The position numbers were made by a program, and so were the translations under genes. Of a DNA stretch of 26,039 bases, positions 16,103-26,022 are shown piece by piece; the first letter of the stretch is position 1; each line of letters starts with the position of its first letter. A model generated the notes under the pieces. It was not told where the DNA came from, did no database searches, and was given only the letters and a program-made list of their open reading frames with translations. Source of the stretch: a virus (lineage: Duplodnaviria > Caudoviricetes); the IMG/VR virus record IMGVR_UViG_3300029145_000023, positions 1 to 26,039 of that record; one strand, 5' to 3'.

Positions 16103-16273
16103 CTATTCAGCCGAAGATTTCGCGCTCGGCTTTCCCAGCAGTTCTGCAAGTTCTGCCTCGTTTAAACTTTCAACTGCCCGCAAAGCTTGTTTCTTTCCCA
16201 TGCCGAAGCGACTAACCAAGACGGCAACGTATGGGTTCAATTGTTCAATTGGTTTGTTTTCTTCGTCGCTCAT
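16103..16273 (-). CDS. Small protein, 56 aa (not in ORF track)
   Basis: AAGGGA RBS; MSDEENKPIEQLNPYVAVLVSRFGMGKKQALRAVESLNEAELAELLGKPSAKSSAE. Confidence 0.7.
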   Translation of the reverse strand: MSDEENKPIEQLNPYVAVLVSRFGMGKKQALRAVESLNEAELAELLGKPSAKSSAE

Positions 16274-16287
16274 ATCGTCCCTTTGAA

Positions 16288-17244
16288 CTAGGTAATTGCG
16301 ATTGCCGTCGTGATGACGGCCGGAACATTAGTTCCGTCGTACTTCAGCGGGAGAGAAATCGAGCATTCTGAACTTGCGCCGCTCGTTGCATCGCTGACCG
16401 TTTCGACGTGCGCCAAGCCGGCCGCTGTAATCTTGATATGTTCGGCAGTTCCGTTCGCGACGAAATGGGTTCCAGCTTCGGCTCGCTTGCGTAGGTAAAG
16501 CGTGGTGTTTGCGTGCGTGCACGCTAAGCCAGCCATCGGGATTCCGCCCGAGTCGGCAAACCATTTTGACTTGACGCCGCGAAATGTAAGGCTAGGCGTC
16601 CAACCCTCAACTGAAACAAAGGTTGGCCAAATATCGGAATCCGCGCCTTCAACTCGAACTGATGCCCCGAAATCAAGCTCCCAAGACCGGCAACCATCAA
16701 ACGTTGTTCCGCCGAGCTGAATCGACCCCATAGCGAAACGCTTGTCGTCCCCAGATAAAGATGGCAAGCTCTGCGATTCTGCGATAACTACCGGGTTATT
16801 TGTTCCGTCATAGATCGCGAAAATATCGTAATCAAGTGATGCGTCGCCTTGATGGTCAACCGAAAGACGTCGAGGAACGATGTAACCGCGCGCAACCGTA
16901 AACGATCGATGGCTTGAGCCCGTGGCGCGGCCGGCCGTCGATTCGTCGTAAAGCTGGCCATATAGAACAAGCCCCGGTTTGCCGGTGTCCTCAATAATCT
17001 TTTTTCCTGTGAATCCAATTTCGTCAAACCAATCGTCAAGGCGATTTGTCATCAACGAGCCGTTAACAACTTGCCCTCGAATAAACGAGTGCCGCGGATA
17101 CGCGACGCCACTTGACGCGTCTCTCTGTACCGACGAGTCGATCGCAAGCGTTTGCTGTGCAACACCGTCAAGAACAACGGCGGAGCCCATGTCTTGTGTA
17201 AACAGCCGGGTTGCATAAATGCCGTGAATTTCCGAAACGGACAT
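16288..17244 (-). CDS. Major tail (tube) protein
   Basis: 318 aa, Gly/Thr/Ser-rich beta composition, canonical position. Confidence 0.75.
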   Translation of the reverse strand: MSVSEIHGIYATRLFTQDMGSAVVLDGVAQQTLAIDSSVQRDASSGVAYPRHSFIRGQVVNGSLMTNRLDDWFDEIGFTGKKIIEDTGKPGLVLYGQLYDESTAGRATGSSHRSFTVARGYIVPRRLSVDHQGDASLDYDIFAIYDGTNNPVVIAESQSLPSLSGDDKRFAMGSIQLGGTTFDGCRSWELDFGASVRVEGADSDIWPTFVSVEGWTPSLTFRGVKSKWFADSGGIPMAGLACTHANTTLYLRKRAEAGTHFVANGTAEHIKITAAGLAHVETVSDATSGASSECSISLPLKYDGTNVPAVITTAIAIT

Positions 17245-17246
17245 TC

Positions 17247-17759
17247 CTATTTCCTTACGGTTTTAGTGTCGTTGTAACCGTCGATGTTTGATTGAATCGC
17301 ATTGTCAAGCGTCGCGACTAGCGGCCGTTCTTCTTCCTTGGCCACTCGGCGAACCTCATCACTCATCACGATTCTTGAATTTGCGTTTCGGCGGTTGAGC
17401 CCGCGCGCATGAATTACGACCTTCACGCCTTTTCCGGTTGCTCGAATGTCTCGGATTCGGGCAAGGTTCATCGATTCGTCTGACCAGCGAAGCGGATCCT
17501 TGTGACCCTTCGATCGAACCTTGCGACCGGTATACGATTTAAAAAACTCTTTTCGGCTAAGGCCACTTTCCTCGCCCTTTCGGGGCATGTAATTAAGCAG
17601 CTTCGCACCCCGTCGAGTGAACCGAAGAGGCAAATAGTTTTTGTGAAATTCTTTGCCAAGCTCCTCGTAGGACGGTTTTAGGATTTCACGATTCCAGTCG
17701 CTCTTTTTCATTGATCCTGGCACAGCACCAGTCGATCTGATTAAAACGGCCCCCATCAT
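17247..17759 (-). CDS. Basic tail completion / neck protein
   Basis: Arg/Lys-rich; ATG at 17759 overlaps the upstream stop; synteny. Confidence 0.6.
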   Translation of the reverse strand: MMGAVLIRSTGAVPGSMKKSDWNREILKPSYEELGKEFHKNYLPLRFTRRGAKLLNYMPRKGEESGLSRKEFFKSYTGRKVRSKGHKDPLRWSDESMNLARIRDIRATGKGVKVVIHARGLNRRNANSRIVMSDEVRRVAKEEERPLVATLDNAIQSNIDGYNDTKTVRK

Positions 17760-18310
17760 TGATCCGGCCCCCAAGTAAACTCGATAACGGCCGTCTGATA
17801 ATCTCCCATTGACGCAACCTCTTGATCCGTCGCTCGAAAAATCGATAACACTTGGCACCGCTCAATCATTACTCGATCGTCCGTATACCCTTGATCTAAG
17901 ATTCCGACGAAGGGATCTGCCTCGGTTGTTTGTCGAATAAGCTTTCCAAGCATGTTCTTCCAACTGCGTTCGCTCTCCTCAAAGTTTTCGTTCGCCGGAG
18001 CGTCTCGCTCAAATCGCGCTACGAGCGTTCCGCCAGCGACGTAGCTATTTGCTGCACGCTTAACCCATCGCGCCCCGTTCAGTGGCGACGTGTAGACAAT
18101 GCAAAACGGGCGAACAGCCTGGAGCTCTGCAAGCGTGTGGTGCTCGGCCCCATTTGCGGGCTCAGGTATCGCGTCGTAATAAATGTGCTCGGCCGCCTCA
18201 TTGGGCGTCGCTTTTCCAGTGAATGTCAAGAAATGCGTTGCGTTGGCGATCGTCTCGCCTAGCTTGTCTTCGGCGACAGATATCGAACCAACGGCCGCTT
18301 CGAGTGCCAT
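17756..18310 (-). CDS. Tail terminator-like protein
   Basis: Acidic 184 aa with HIYY...RPFCIV pattern; synteny. Confidence 0.55.
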   Translation of the reverse strand: MALEAAVGSISVAEDKLGETIANATHFLTFTGKATPNEAAEHIYYDAIPEPANGAEHHTLAELQAVRPFCIVYTSPLNGARWVKRAANSYVAGGTLVARFERDAPANENFEESERSWKNMLGKLIRQTTEADPFVGILDQGYTDDRVMIERCQVLSIFRATDQEVASMGDYQTAVIEFTWGPDQ

Positions 18311-18313
18311 CGC

Positions 18314-18712
18314 CTATCCTTTCCGGTAATACTCCGGTCGAGTAACGGCTGCCGCTTGGTGTCGCTCGAGCATTAGCTTTTCAGACCCATGACCAGCCGA
18401 CGCCGGCGGATTGACGATTACATACGTGCCCCCGTCGTACGCGATCTGGCCTCGAGCTAGTGGTGCTTCCAATCCGCAAAACTGAGGGTGCGCCGAGTCG
18501 ACAATCAATGTGACCTCGCGAGTGACAACCGTTCTGACGCCTTCATCGTCGTACCGCCTTTCAACTTGCTCGTCGGTAAAAACGGCATTGCAAAGCGTTA
18601 CATCGTCAGTGGACGCTGAACCCGTGGGCGGTGTGTAGGTTGCTGTGTCGCCGAAGTACGAATGCAACTGCGACGCGCCCGATTGGTTGAAGTGGTCATC
18701 AAAAGCCGACAC
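18314..18712 (-). CDS. Head-tail joining protein (FII-like)
   Basis: FGDTATYTP...G.I.YDGGTYVI pattern; GAGGGG RBS; follows the capsid gene. Confidence 0.7.
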   Translation of the reverse strand: MSAFDDHFNQSGASQLHSYFGDTATYTPPTGSASTDDVTLCNAVFTDEQVERRYDDEGVRTVVTREVTLIVDSAHPQFCGLEAPLARGQIAYDGGTYVIVNPPASAGHGSEKLMLERHQAAAVTRPEYYRKG

Positions 18713-18759
18713 GGCGACACCCTCTAGGACCTCTGCTATCGATTAAACGACGCAATTGC

Positions 18760-19728
18760 TTACGTCGTGATGTTGCTTAGCAATTGCCCCATACTCGTGT
18801 AGAGAATTTGCTCATCCGTGTCGTGGCGCACTCGAGTAATGTCCGATCGAGCAGTTTCATCTCGATAGCTTTCGACTGCACCGCCAACTTCGGAGCCGTC
18901 TTCCGACCAATGGAACGTTCGTCCGATGCATGGCTCTTTGAAGTCTTTGGTTTCAGCAATTTTGGTCACCATTGCGTATTCGCCGGACCAGATTTGTCCA
19001 GGCGACGCGTTTTGACCTTCATTCGCCGTGTTCTTGGTGTTTCCGGCGACGATGACGTGATCAAGATCGAAAGCTGCTTGAAGCATCTCTACCGTGACAT
19101 CACGAGCCTTTGAAGGGTTACCAGCTCCCGCGGAGTTGATAGCGTCCTTCACCTCAGTCACTAGACGAAGGTTTCGAAATACCTTCTTATTGACGATGAG
19201 TGCATTAGCCCAGCAACCCGTTGCGTCGTACATTCGCTGCACAGCAGCTTCAACGTCGGCGATCGGCGTAGCGTTCGCCTCATCGTCCCATTCGTTGGTA
19301 ACGGCAGTCGGGGTAAATGTCGTCGTGTTGAACACGAGATCGGCCACACGCTGCTCAGCGTTCCGAAGAACGAAGCTGTACGCTCGCATTGCGGCGACCT
19401 GTTCAGCATCGAAATAGTTTCGATACATCTGTGCTTCGCGGTCATCGACGGGCTCCTCCCAGCCATTTTCCTTGCATGCGAAGGAAACGTCGTCGAATTC
19501 GTAGTTGCCGCGGTTGTAGTTACCGCCAGGCGCTCGCTTCGTATCACCCTGTTGCAATAGCTGCTCGATCGGGATGATTCCAAACGTTCCAGCAGCGACA
19601 GAGACCTCAGCGATTGGCAAGACACGATTTGCGACGAAGCCTTGTCGCTCCATCATCAAATCGAATTCCATGAAAGATTCGGCTAGGTCCGGACGTTGTG
19701 TCGCGAGACTTGAACTAGGACTAGGCAT
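18760..19728 (-). CDS. Major capsid protein
   Basis: 322 aa; ANRVLP, TKRAPGG and WDD..ATPIAD motifs of lambda gpE-like capsids. Confidence 0.9.
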   Translation of the reverse strand: MPSPSSSLATQRPDLAESFMEFDLMMERQGFVANRVLPIAEVSVAAGTFGIIPIEQLLQQGDTKRAPGGNYNRGNYEFDDVSFACKENGWEEPVDDREAQMYRNYFDAEQVAAMRAYSFVLRNAEQRVADLVFNTTTFTPTAVTNEWDDEANATPIADVEAAVQRMYDATGCWANALIVNKKVFRNLRLVTEVKDAINSAGAGNPSKARDVTVEMLQAAFDLDHVIVAGNTKNTANEGQNASPGQIWSGEYAMVTKIAETKDFKEPCIGRTFHWSEDGSEVGGAVESYRDETARSDITRVRHDTDEQILYTSMGQLLSNITT

Positions 19729-19828
19729 TTCATCTGCTCAATTCTCCAGTATGCAAACAAAACGCGAGAGAATATAAAAGCCGCCCGGCTTCATTGGCCA
19801 AATCCACCGGGGGCGCATACTGGCTCGT

Positions 19829-20212
19829 TTACGTCGCAGCCGTATCGCCGTGACTGTTGTAAATAACCTCAATGACATCGTTTGCAGCGGTGGCCGCCTC
19901 AAGAGCTGTGCCAACCTGAAACGCAGTCGCTTGAGCAGTGTCCTGAACTTGGCCGCTAGTCTCGGTGTAAACCGTCGCGCCCGCTGCAAGTGCTTCACTT
20001 GCAAGCATCTTGTGTGTTCCGGCTGCCGTGCGAAGCTTCACGGCGATTTCATCGCCGGCTGCAAAAGCTTCTCGCGTAGCAGTTCCAATGTCTTTGTCTG
20101 CCAAGCCGGCAACCGTAATTTTGCCGTCCGAGTCGAGCTTAACTCGGGAGTAAATCGGAATGGCGGCATCGGCTTCGAATGTTTTGTGATTGCCATCTAC
20201 TTGTTGTGACAT
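19829..20212 (-). CDS. Capsid decoration / cement protein (DUF2190-like)
   Basis: Ala/Gly/Thr-rich; IGTA...AAGD and VGTALEAA...DVIEV; start MSQQ with GAGGA RBS. Confidence 0.8.
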   Translation of the reverse strand: MSQQVDGNHKTFEADAAIPIYSRVKLDSDGKITVAGLADKDIGTATREAFAAGDEIAVKLRTAAGTHKMLASEALAAGATVYTETSGQVQDTAQATAFQVGTALEAATAANDVIEVIYNSHGDTAAT

Positions 20213-20286
20213 TTTGCTTTCCTCGATTAAGGCCGCGTGGCCGTGTTTGTTATCGGTGTGTTGCCAGCGAGGCAAGAATTCGCAGG

Positions 20287-21324
20287 CTAGTCTTTGTTAA
20301 CTTCAGCAAGCATTTCTTCGCGCAGTCCTGGCTGATCTCGGTTGACTCGAGCAACTGCATTTGCGCGACTCATACCCGACGACACCGCATCATTAACGGC
20401 TTTTTTCCACTCAGCAGTTTTGGTTAGAGCGACTGGCGAGCCGCTTCCAGATGTCGCAATAGGCAGTTGGCCAGTTTTAGCTTGTGGCGCTGGAGTAGCT
20501 TCCGCGGCTTTCTTCGCGGCTTCTTGAAGCTCGGCGTTTTCAGCTTTGGCTGCTTCCAGCTCAGTTGCGAGCGTTTCATTTGTCTGCGTGAGATCGGTAA
20601 GAGCGGCCTCGCTGACCTCTGCAAGAGTCATGTTTTTCTTGACGCAGTCCAAGACAAAAGTGGATTCTGCTTTCGGCAAAATTCGTTCGATGTCCGCGAT
20701 TGATGCCGCGGCGGGCTTTTGCGGTTCCGACATTTCAGGTTCCTTCGGAGTGACGCTTTTTGAGCCGGTGGGCGCATCAACGATTGATGCAAAAACCCAT
20801 TGCGGCACGGTGTTTGATACTTCTAGCGGAGCTCGTTTCGCTTTTCCGATTGACGATACGAGTCCGACCTTGAGTGCTTCCTCTGCCGAATACCACGTTT
20901 CTTTGGCCATGACCTGACCAACCTGATCGGCCGAAACCTGCATTCGGTCTGCATAAGCTGAAATCATTGAGTCGCGTAGTTTTGCCAACAGGTCAGCAGT
21001 GTTCTTGTGCGAGTTCGAATCGCCGCCGACCGGTGAATGCGGCTCGTGAATCATCACGAAACCGTTTTCGGCAATCTCTACGTCATCGAAGGCGGTCATG
21101 ATGTAGGACGCGATCGAGCCGGCGAGCGATTCGACGATAGCGCGTTTCGGACCTTCGTACGCTTTGAAAGAGTCGTACAGTGCCAGCCCATCAAATACGC
21201 TACCCCCCTCACTATGGATTCGAACTGTCAGCATTTTCGAGCGGTCGGCGGCATCCAGCTTGTTTTGGACGGCTTGAAACTGAATGTCCTGGCCAACAAC
21301 GCCGAACAGATTAATCTCGTTCAC
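20287..21324 (-). CDS. ClpP-type head maturation protease with C-terminal scaffold region
   Basis: IHSEGGSVFDG, AGSIAS (Ser), MIHEP (His), ETWYSAEEA; coiled-coil tail; GTG 21324 has a GGAGG RBS. Confidence 0.92.
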   Translation of the reverse strand: MNEINLFGVVGQDIQFQAVQNKLDAADRSKMLTVRIHSEGGSVFDGLALYDSFKAYEGPKRAIVESLAGSIASYIMTAFDDVEIAENGFVMIHEPHSPVGGDSNSHKNTADLLAKLRDSMISAYADRMQVSADQVGQVMAKETWYSAEEALKVGLVSSIGKAKRAPLEVSNTVPQWVFASIVDAPTGSKSVTPKEPEMSEPQKPAAASIADIERILPKAESTFVLDCVKKNMTLAEVSEAALTDLTQTNETLATELEAAKAENAELQEAAKKAAEATPAPQAKTGQLPIATSGSGSPVALTKTAEWKKAVNDAVSSGMSRANAVARVNRDQPGLREEMLAEVNKD

Positions 21325-22897
21325 GCCTACCTCCGTCATCGGCCGCGGCCGCAATTTGTGGATCTTGCATCGACATAGTTACGCCCGATGGCATCGGAAG
21401 CGAAATCAGATCACGCCAATGAACTGGCTGATTATCTTCGATCGACTCATTGATTTTCACAGCTTGCTTTTTGGCTCGAATGATTGCTTGGGCGTTGTCG
21501 CTTACGATTTCGTCGCTAACCTCTTCCCAGTCGTGCCCCCGTTCCGCGTGAAGCCTACGCGGGCTAATCAATGCGTTCTCAAGCCTGAGCTTGTCGCCTT
21601 TTGCGTCGTCAACCGGATCGATGTACTGCCATGACGGTGCGTTGAACTTGTGCTTGAACACGTCCACGCGACTCGAATTAGCCATTAATCGCAAATCAGC
21701 AGATTCCTCTATCCACTGCTGAACTTTCCATTTGTAGACCGGCGTATGGAACCGACGCACTAAGTTGCGCTGGTTGTCTCGAAACCCTTTTCGCGCTTCA
21801 TCGACAGCACCTCTCCAGCCAGAGAAGTTGGTTTCAGAGCCATCCATCAGCACTAGGCATAGCGGCAGCCCCAAGTTGACGCCAATCATTTGCAGCATCA
21901 GCTTGACGTGCTCGAAGTACTCAGAGTTGGGCACGTTTGGAGAGAAGCCTTGCAGCTCCTCTCCTGGGTTGCCCTCAATCATCATGGCCGGCGACAAATT
22001 CTCAATCTGACGAACTTGACCAGTCGATGTCGTTTCCGTGGCCTGCGAACCAAACCCACCGTCGGCGCTTGGTAAAGGATCAGAATTAGCGGCTTTCTTT
22101 TTGAAGATTGCAAAGCAAGATACAACTTGCTGCTGCACAAGCTTTGCAAACTGAATGTCTTCAAACATGCCCGTTAAAGCAAAAATCGGCGCGAATGCGG
22201 TCACACCTCGACGCAGTGATTTTCGCTTTGGCTTGTAGACATGGAAAAAGGTGCGCATCCCGTTTGTGTATACCTCTACGGGCTGTGCGATTTCCTTTTT
22301 GATTGAACGGCGATCTACCGAATCTGACATGATCCAATATCGCACGTGTCGGCCGAATGTATCGACTTCTACACCTAGGTGCGTGTTATCTCGACTGGTG
22401 CTTGTCTGAATAACATGCGCTTCGTGCATTTGAAGGTGGCCAGAAACCAACCCCATAAACCCACAATCGCCATCAAGCAGCATTGATCGCATCGCCAGCG
22501 ATTCAAAGTCATGAAACGAACTTTCGCCTACAATGTCGCAATCGCTCGACTCGTGACTCCAATCTTGCCATCGTTTCCAAAGTTCAGCGTCAAGCTTTCT
22601 GGATCCAGTTTTCGGATCGAGCGTGAACCCGTCCTGAACAATGTTAGCGACCGCCCTATCAAGCGTTTGCCCAACGATCGCGTCATTGCGGTCCATATCG
22701 CGAGCTTTTTCGATGTCGCGATAGTACGCTGCTTCGTTGCGATAGTGAAAATCCGCAGGCCCGCCTCCCGGCGCAAGCCCCGTGCGCTGACGAACAAAAC
22801 GGCTAGTCTTGCTCATTTCGTAGTCAGCACGGGCGTCACGAAAATCAGTTACTACACTGATGACTGCGCCTGGATCTTTTGAACCGCGAGTAATCAT
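21311..22897 (-). CDS. Portal protein, lambda family
   Basis: ARDMDRND, RGV..FAP, TNFSGWR and WQYIDPVDDA motifs. Confidence 0.93.
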   Translation of the reverse strand: MITRGSKDPGAVISVVTDFRDARADYEMSKTSRFVRQRTGLAPGGGPADFHYRNEAAYYRDIEKARDMDRNDAIVGQTLDRAVANIVQDGFTLDPKTGSRKLDAELWKRWQDWSHESSDCDIVGESSFHDFESLAMRSMLLDGDCGFMGLVSGHLQMHEAHVIQTSTSRDNTHLGVEVDTFGRHVRYWIMSDSVDRRSIKKEIAQPVEVYTNGMRTFFHVYKPKRKSLRRGVTAFAPIFALTGMFEDIQFAKLVQQQVVSCFAIFKKKAANSDPLPSADGGFGSQATETTSTGQVRQIENLSPAMMIEGNPGEELQGFSPNVPNSEYFEHVKLMLQMIGVNLGLPLCLVLMDGSETNFSGWRGAVDEARKGFRDNQRNLVRRFHTPVYKWKVQQWIEESADLRLMANSSRVDVFKHKFNAPSWQYIDPVDDAKGDKLRLENALISPRRLHAERGHDWEEVSDEIVSDNAQAIIRAKKQAVKINESIEDNQPVHWRDLISLPMPSGVTMSMQDPQIAAAADDGGRRERD

Positions 22898-23172
22898 CGG
22901 AAATCATTCTCCACGGCGAGAAATCGAACCCTGCTTTGGTTTGCTCCCGTCTCGCGGGCTTTGACGTACGCATGGGCACGTTGCAGCAGGTCGTTGACTG
23001 TGGAGTGACTCATCGTCATTGACGCACCATCGCGCGCAGAACTTTGGGGCCGAAGAATAAGCCAACGTTTTGCGGCCGTGATAAACTTCTTGGCACGGTC
23101 TACGCTTTCTGTTTCTTCAAAGTCAGCGTATTCGATTAGCGCTTTTTCGATCTCGTTGATCTTGATCGTCAT
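22894..23172 (-). CDS. Head completion / adaptor (gpW-position) protein
   Basis: 92 aa between terminase and portal, ATGA-coupled to the portal gene. Confidence 0.6.
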   Translation of the reverse strand: MTIKINEIEKALIEYADFEETESVDRAKKFITAAKRWLILRPQSSARDGASMTMSHSTVNDLLQRAHAYVKARETGANQSRVRFLAVENDFR

Positions 23173-23178
23173 GCACGA

Positions 23179-23206
23179 AGTATATGCATGAAAATCAATG
23201 TGTTAA
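23179..23206 (-). promoter_or_regulatory. Promoter of the head operon, probably leaderless
   Basis: TTAACA, 16 nt, TATACT, 6 nt, ATG (23172); no SD sequence present. Confidence 0.65.
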
Positions 23207-23230
23207 CTCGCATGCCACCAACAAAATAAA

Positions 23231-23260
23231 CGGATTCCCGGTTTCCCGGATTCCGGGTTT
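23231..23260. repeat. Tandem octamer array upstream of the head-operon promoter
   Basis: CGGATTCC CGGTTTCC CGGATTCC GGGTTT. Confidence 0.8.
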
Positions 23261-23706
23261 TAGTAGTCGGCTTCTTCAGGTTGATATATCTGCTCGAGCA
23301 ACCATCGCATAGCTTGACCAGGACGCTTAATTAGCGTTCCGTCGTCGAGCTTCTTACCGCTGTCTTCAAGGCCCCGTGTCAACTTCTTAAGAGCGACTGA
23401 CTGCCTCCGCGTCATCGACGTAAACTCAACTCGTTCCGTTCGCGACACGTACGCCCCTGGCGGAATCTCCCCGAACGGGATCGCTAGTTCGACAGTTTCG
23501 ACCTTAAGCGACGGCTCCTCAAGCATCGCTACAGAAGAAACAGATTCAGCATCCACCTGCGCCGCTTCTTCCGTGCTTGGCAGCACTTCAGAGCTAGCGT
23601 CGGCTTGTTGCGACATACGGTTGTCCGTGTTGGTTCGTGAAGATCTGGCCTTCGTCCCCGCTTGCTTGGTTTTGTCGTTTTGCGACTTCCTGCCGTTTTT
23701 TTGCAT
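23260..23706 (-). CDS. Hypothetical protein, possible DNA-binding C-terminus
   Basis: GGGAGA RBS; disordered N-half; C-terminal MTRRQSVALKKL...QAMRWLLEQI; overlaps the TerL end. Confidence 0.7.
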   Translation of the reverse strand: MQKNGRKSQNDKTKQAGTKARSSRTNTDNRMSQQADASSEVLPSTEEAAQVDAESVSSVAMLEEPSLKVETVELAIPFGEIPPGAYVSRTERVEFTSMTRRQSVALKKLTRGLEDSGKKLDDGTLIKRPGQAMRWLLEQIYQPEEADY

Positions 23707-25687
23707 GTGGGTCTCCCTTCGGAATGAGACGTACGCCTAAGCAACCAGCCGCCGCGGCTGCTAACGTGATGGCGTCTAGATAGTGATTGTTTTTGTTTAA
23801 CGGATGCCAATAACGCTTCAGGCCTTTCCCGACTATGAACTCCTCTCGCTGCTCCTCTGCGACTATGTGATGAGAGAAGGCTACGTGCTTGCGAGTGTCG
23901 TTTGGGGCGGAGAATACTGACAAACTGCCAGCGTTAAGCATTTCGTCGCTGTCTCGAGTTGGTGTAAGAAAGCGTTGGTGAACCCAGCCCTTCCAGTGAT
24001 CAACGTGAACGTTGTAGAGCCAAATTCGTTCGTCTGGTTGATGCTGAGCGTAGGCCTGATCAAACAGTCGTCGCGTGTCGCTCGACTTTCCTAATCGAAA
24101 GCGGCGTTCGTCCCACCCCTTCGAAGCAGCCCAAGGCATCCCGCCTACTTCTCGAACAAAGCTATAGACGGCGTCGGTGTAATCGCCTGAGTCAATCAAC
24201 GCGAAGTCAACTTGTCCCTCGGCGAGCGTTTCTGTTCGAAACTCATGCAGCGCTTTAAGAATGGCCACTTCTGTGACTTTGGCGTCTTCGTTAACCGCTC
24301 GGCCGGGAACCTCGATAATTCCATAATCCACCACTCGACCGGTAGCGTTCATCAGCCACGCAACCTTGACCCAATGACACCAGTATTTTCCGACGTCGAT
24401 GCCCAGCGTCACACGGTCGAGATCCTCCGGCATTTCACCCTGAAGCAAACCGCTAACTCTTGAGCGAATCATTTGAGACGTGATGCCTAGCGTTTCAGGT
24501 CCAGGCGTACCTATTGGATCATTCTGAAACTCGGCCGAAAACGCGTCGATCGATTTGTCCGCAATAAAGTTGTAGCAAAACTGTAAGGCTGAATGACAAA
24601 CCGGCGTTCCATCCTTGAGGGTCGCGATGGGGCGGCGATACTGATTGCTAACCTTTGCACCTCGATCCATCGCCTTTCGGTTTTTCAGATAGAACGCGCT
24701 GGCGTTAAGGGCATGCTGGTCTCCATTTTCTTGGTCTGTCTTTCGAAGCGCGATGTATTCATCCCACAGATCTGTTCTTTCCGGCCATTTCTCAAGCAGT
24801 CGGTATCGCTTTCCATTCCAGCCACCCTTTTCTTTAGGGTTCGTAAGCTTTGCCGATAAACAAAAGGTGTTTTGAAGTGTGCACAGCGCCACCATCGCAA
24901 GCGACTTTTGCGGCCCAGCAAGACCAGCCACATCCATATCGATTGTTTGTTCCCTTACACCGACCTGATACTCACTCGATGCAGACTCTCTAGTCTCTGG
25001 ATCATCGATTATCGCCATATCCGGGCGCAACCCGTCTAAGTTGATTCCGCGGATCGCTGCGTCCAGACCACCAAACGTCATTGCTCCGCCTGCACAGGCC
25101 AATCCCTCAATCTGAGGAAATCGAACATGCATTTTTTTCCATTCTATGTGTGTGCTCACGCCATGCAGGTGCTGTCCCTTAGCCCTTTGTGGCGCGCCCT
25201 CCAATCGCCTCACCGGATAGCACAGCTCGGGAAAGTCTTCCATAAGAAGCTCATTTGATTCAATTCGCTTCTTAATGTCCTCGAACATGCGACCAGCCAT
25301 GACTCCCGTTGCCGCGACAATTACAGGGAACTTAACTAGTCCGGCTAGGAGTGCGTATATCACCATACCCTTAGTGATCTCAGTTTTTCCATCACCGCGC
25401 GGCGCTGCAATTGCCTGCGAACCGCCATACGTTGCGCAGTGCAGAATCGCGGCAATCATCTCCTTTTGGTTCTTCGTAAATGGCGTGTAGAACCGATCTG
25501 GAAAATACGTCTTCAAAAACTTTTGGGGATTTCTCAGGCACGCATTTCTTCGTCGCTTATCTACTACGCCAGGAATTGGAGATATGTCGCGATCGTCTTT
25601 CCTGGTTCGTGCAATTCGCTCTCGAAAGTAACGGTTTGAATCCGTGTTACTGTTCGTCGCGGTCTGCTTGTGATCCTTCATGAACAT
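23594..25687 (-). CDS. terL: Terminase large subunit
   Basis: Walker A APRGDGKT, Walker B AIIDDPE, nuclease motifs GIDVG and NHYLDA. Confidence 0.95.
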   Translation of the reverse strand: MFMKDHKQTATNSNTDSNRYFRERIARTRKDDRDISPIPGVVDKRRRNACLRNPQKFLKTYFPDRFYTPFTKNQKEMIAAILHCATYGGSQAIAAPRGDGKTEITKGMVIYALLAGLVKFPVIVAATGVMAGRMFEDIKKRIESNELLMEDFPELCYPVRRLEGAPQRAKGQHLHGVSTHIEWKKMHVRFPQIEGLACAGGAMTFGGLDAAIRGINLDGLRPDMAIIDDPETRESASSEYQVGVREQTIDMDVAGLAGPQKSLAMVALCTLQNTFCLSAKLTNPKEKGGWNGKRYRLLEKWPERTDLWDEYIALRKTDQENGDQHALNASAFYLKNRKAMDRGAKVSNQYRRPIATLKDGTPVCHSALQFCYNFIADKSIDAFSAEFQNDPIGTPGPETLGITSQMIRSRVSGLLQGEMPEDLDRVTLGIDVGKYWCHWVKVAWLMNATGRVVDYGIIEVPGRAVNEDAKVTEVAILKALHEFRTETLAEGQVDFALIDSGDYTDAVYSFVREVGGMPWAASKGWDERRFRLGKSSDTRRLFDQAYAQHQPDERIWLYNVHVDHWKGWVHQRFLTPTRDSDEMLNAGSLSVFSAPNDTRKHVAFSHHIVAEEQREEFIVGKGLKRYWHPLNKNNHYLDAITLAAAAAGCLGVRLIPKGDPHAKKRQEVAKRQNQASGDEGQIFTNQHGQPYVATSRR

Positions 25688-26022
25688 GCACCACCATCAG
25701 GTCTTTGATCTGCTTGACCGCCTTTAGTGCGGTTTCGTAATCTTCCGCCTCCATCAGCTTGACGTAGATTACTCTGCAAGCCTCCAAGCACCATCCATGC
25801 AAAAAGTGCCTCTCTGTTGTCGAAATGCCTCGAATATGTTCGACGCTCTTTGCAACAAGTGAGTCCGGAGACACGTTTGGAAATGTTTGTAAAATCCGCT
25901 CAATGATTTCTGCTTTTGAGCAGCCATTCATTGACCAATCCACAACCGTTTGAATGTCGCGAAGGCTAATATCTTTGGCCGTTTTTTGTCCCTTTCGGCC
26001 CCTACCACTCGCCGCCCCAGCC
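25647..26022 (-). CDS. Probable terminase small subunit, 5'-truncated or start uncertain
   Basis: Helical protein directly upstream of TerL; frame stays open to the primer at the contig end. Confidence 0.55.
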
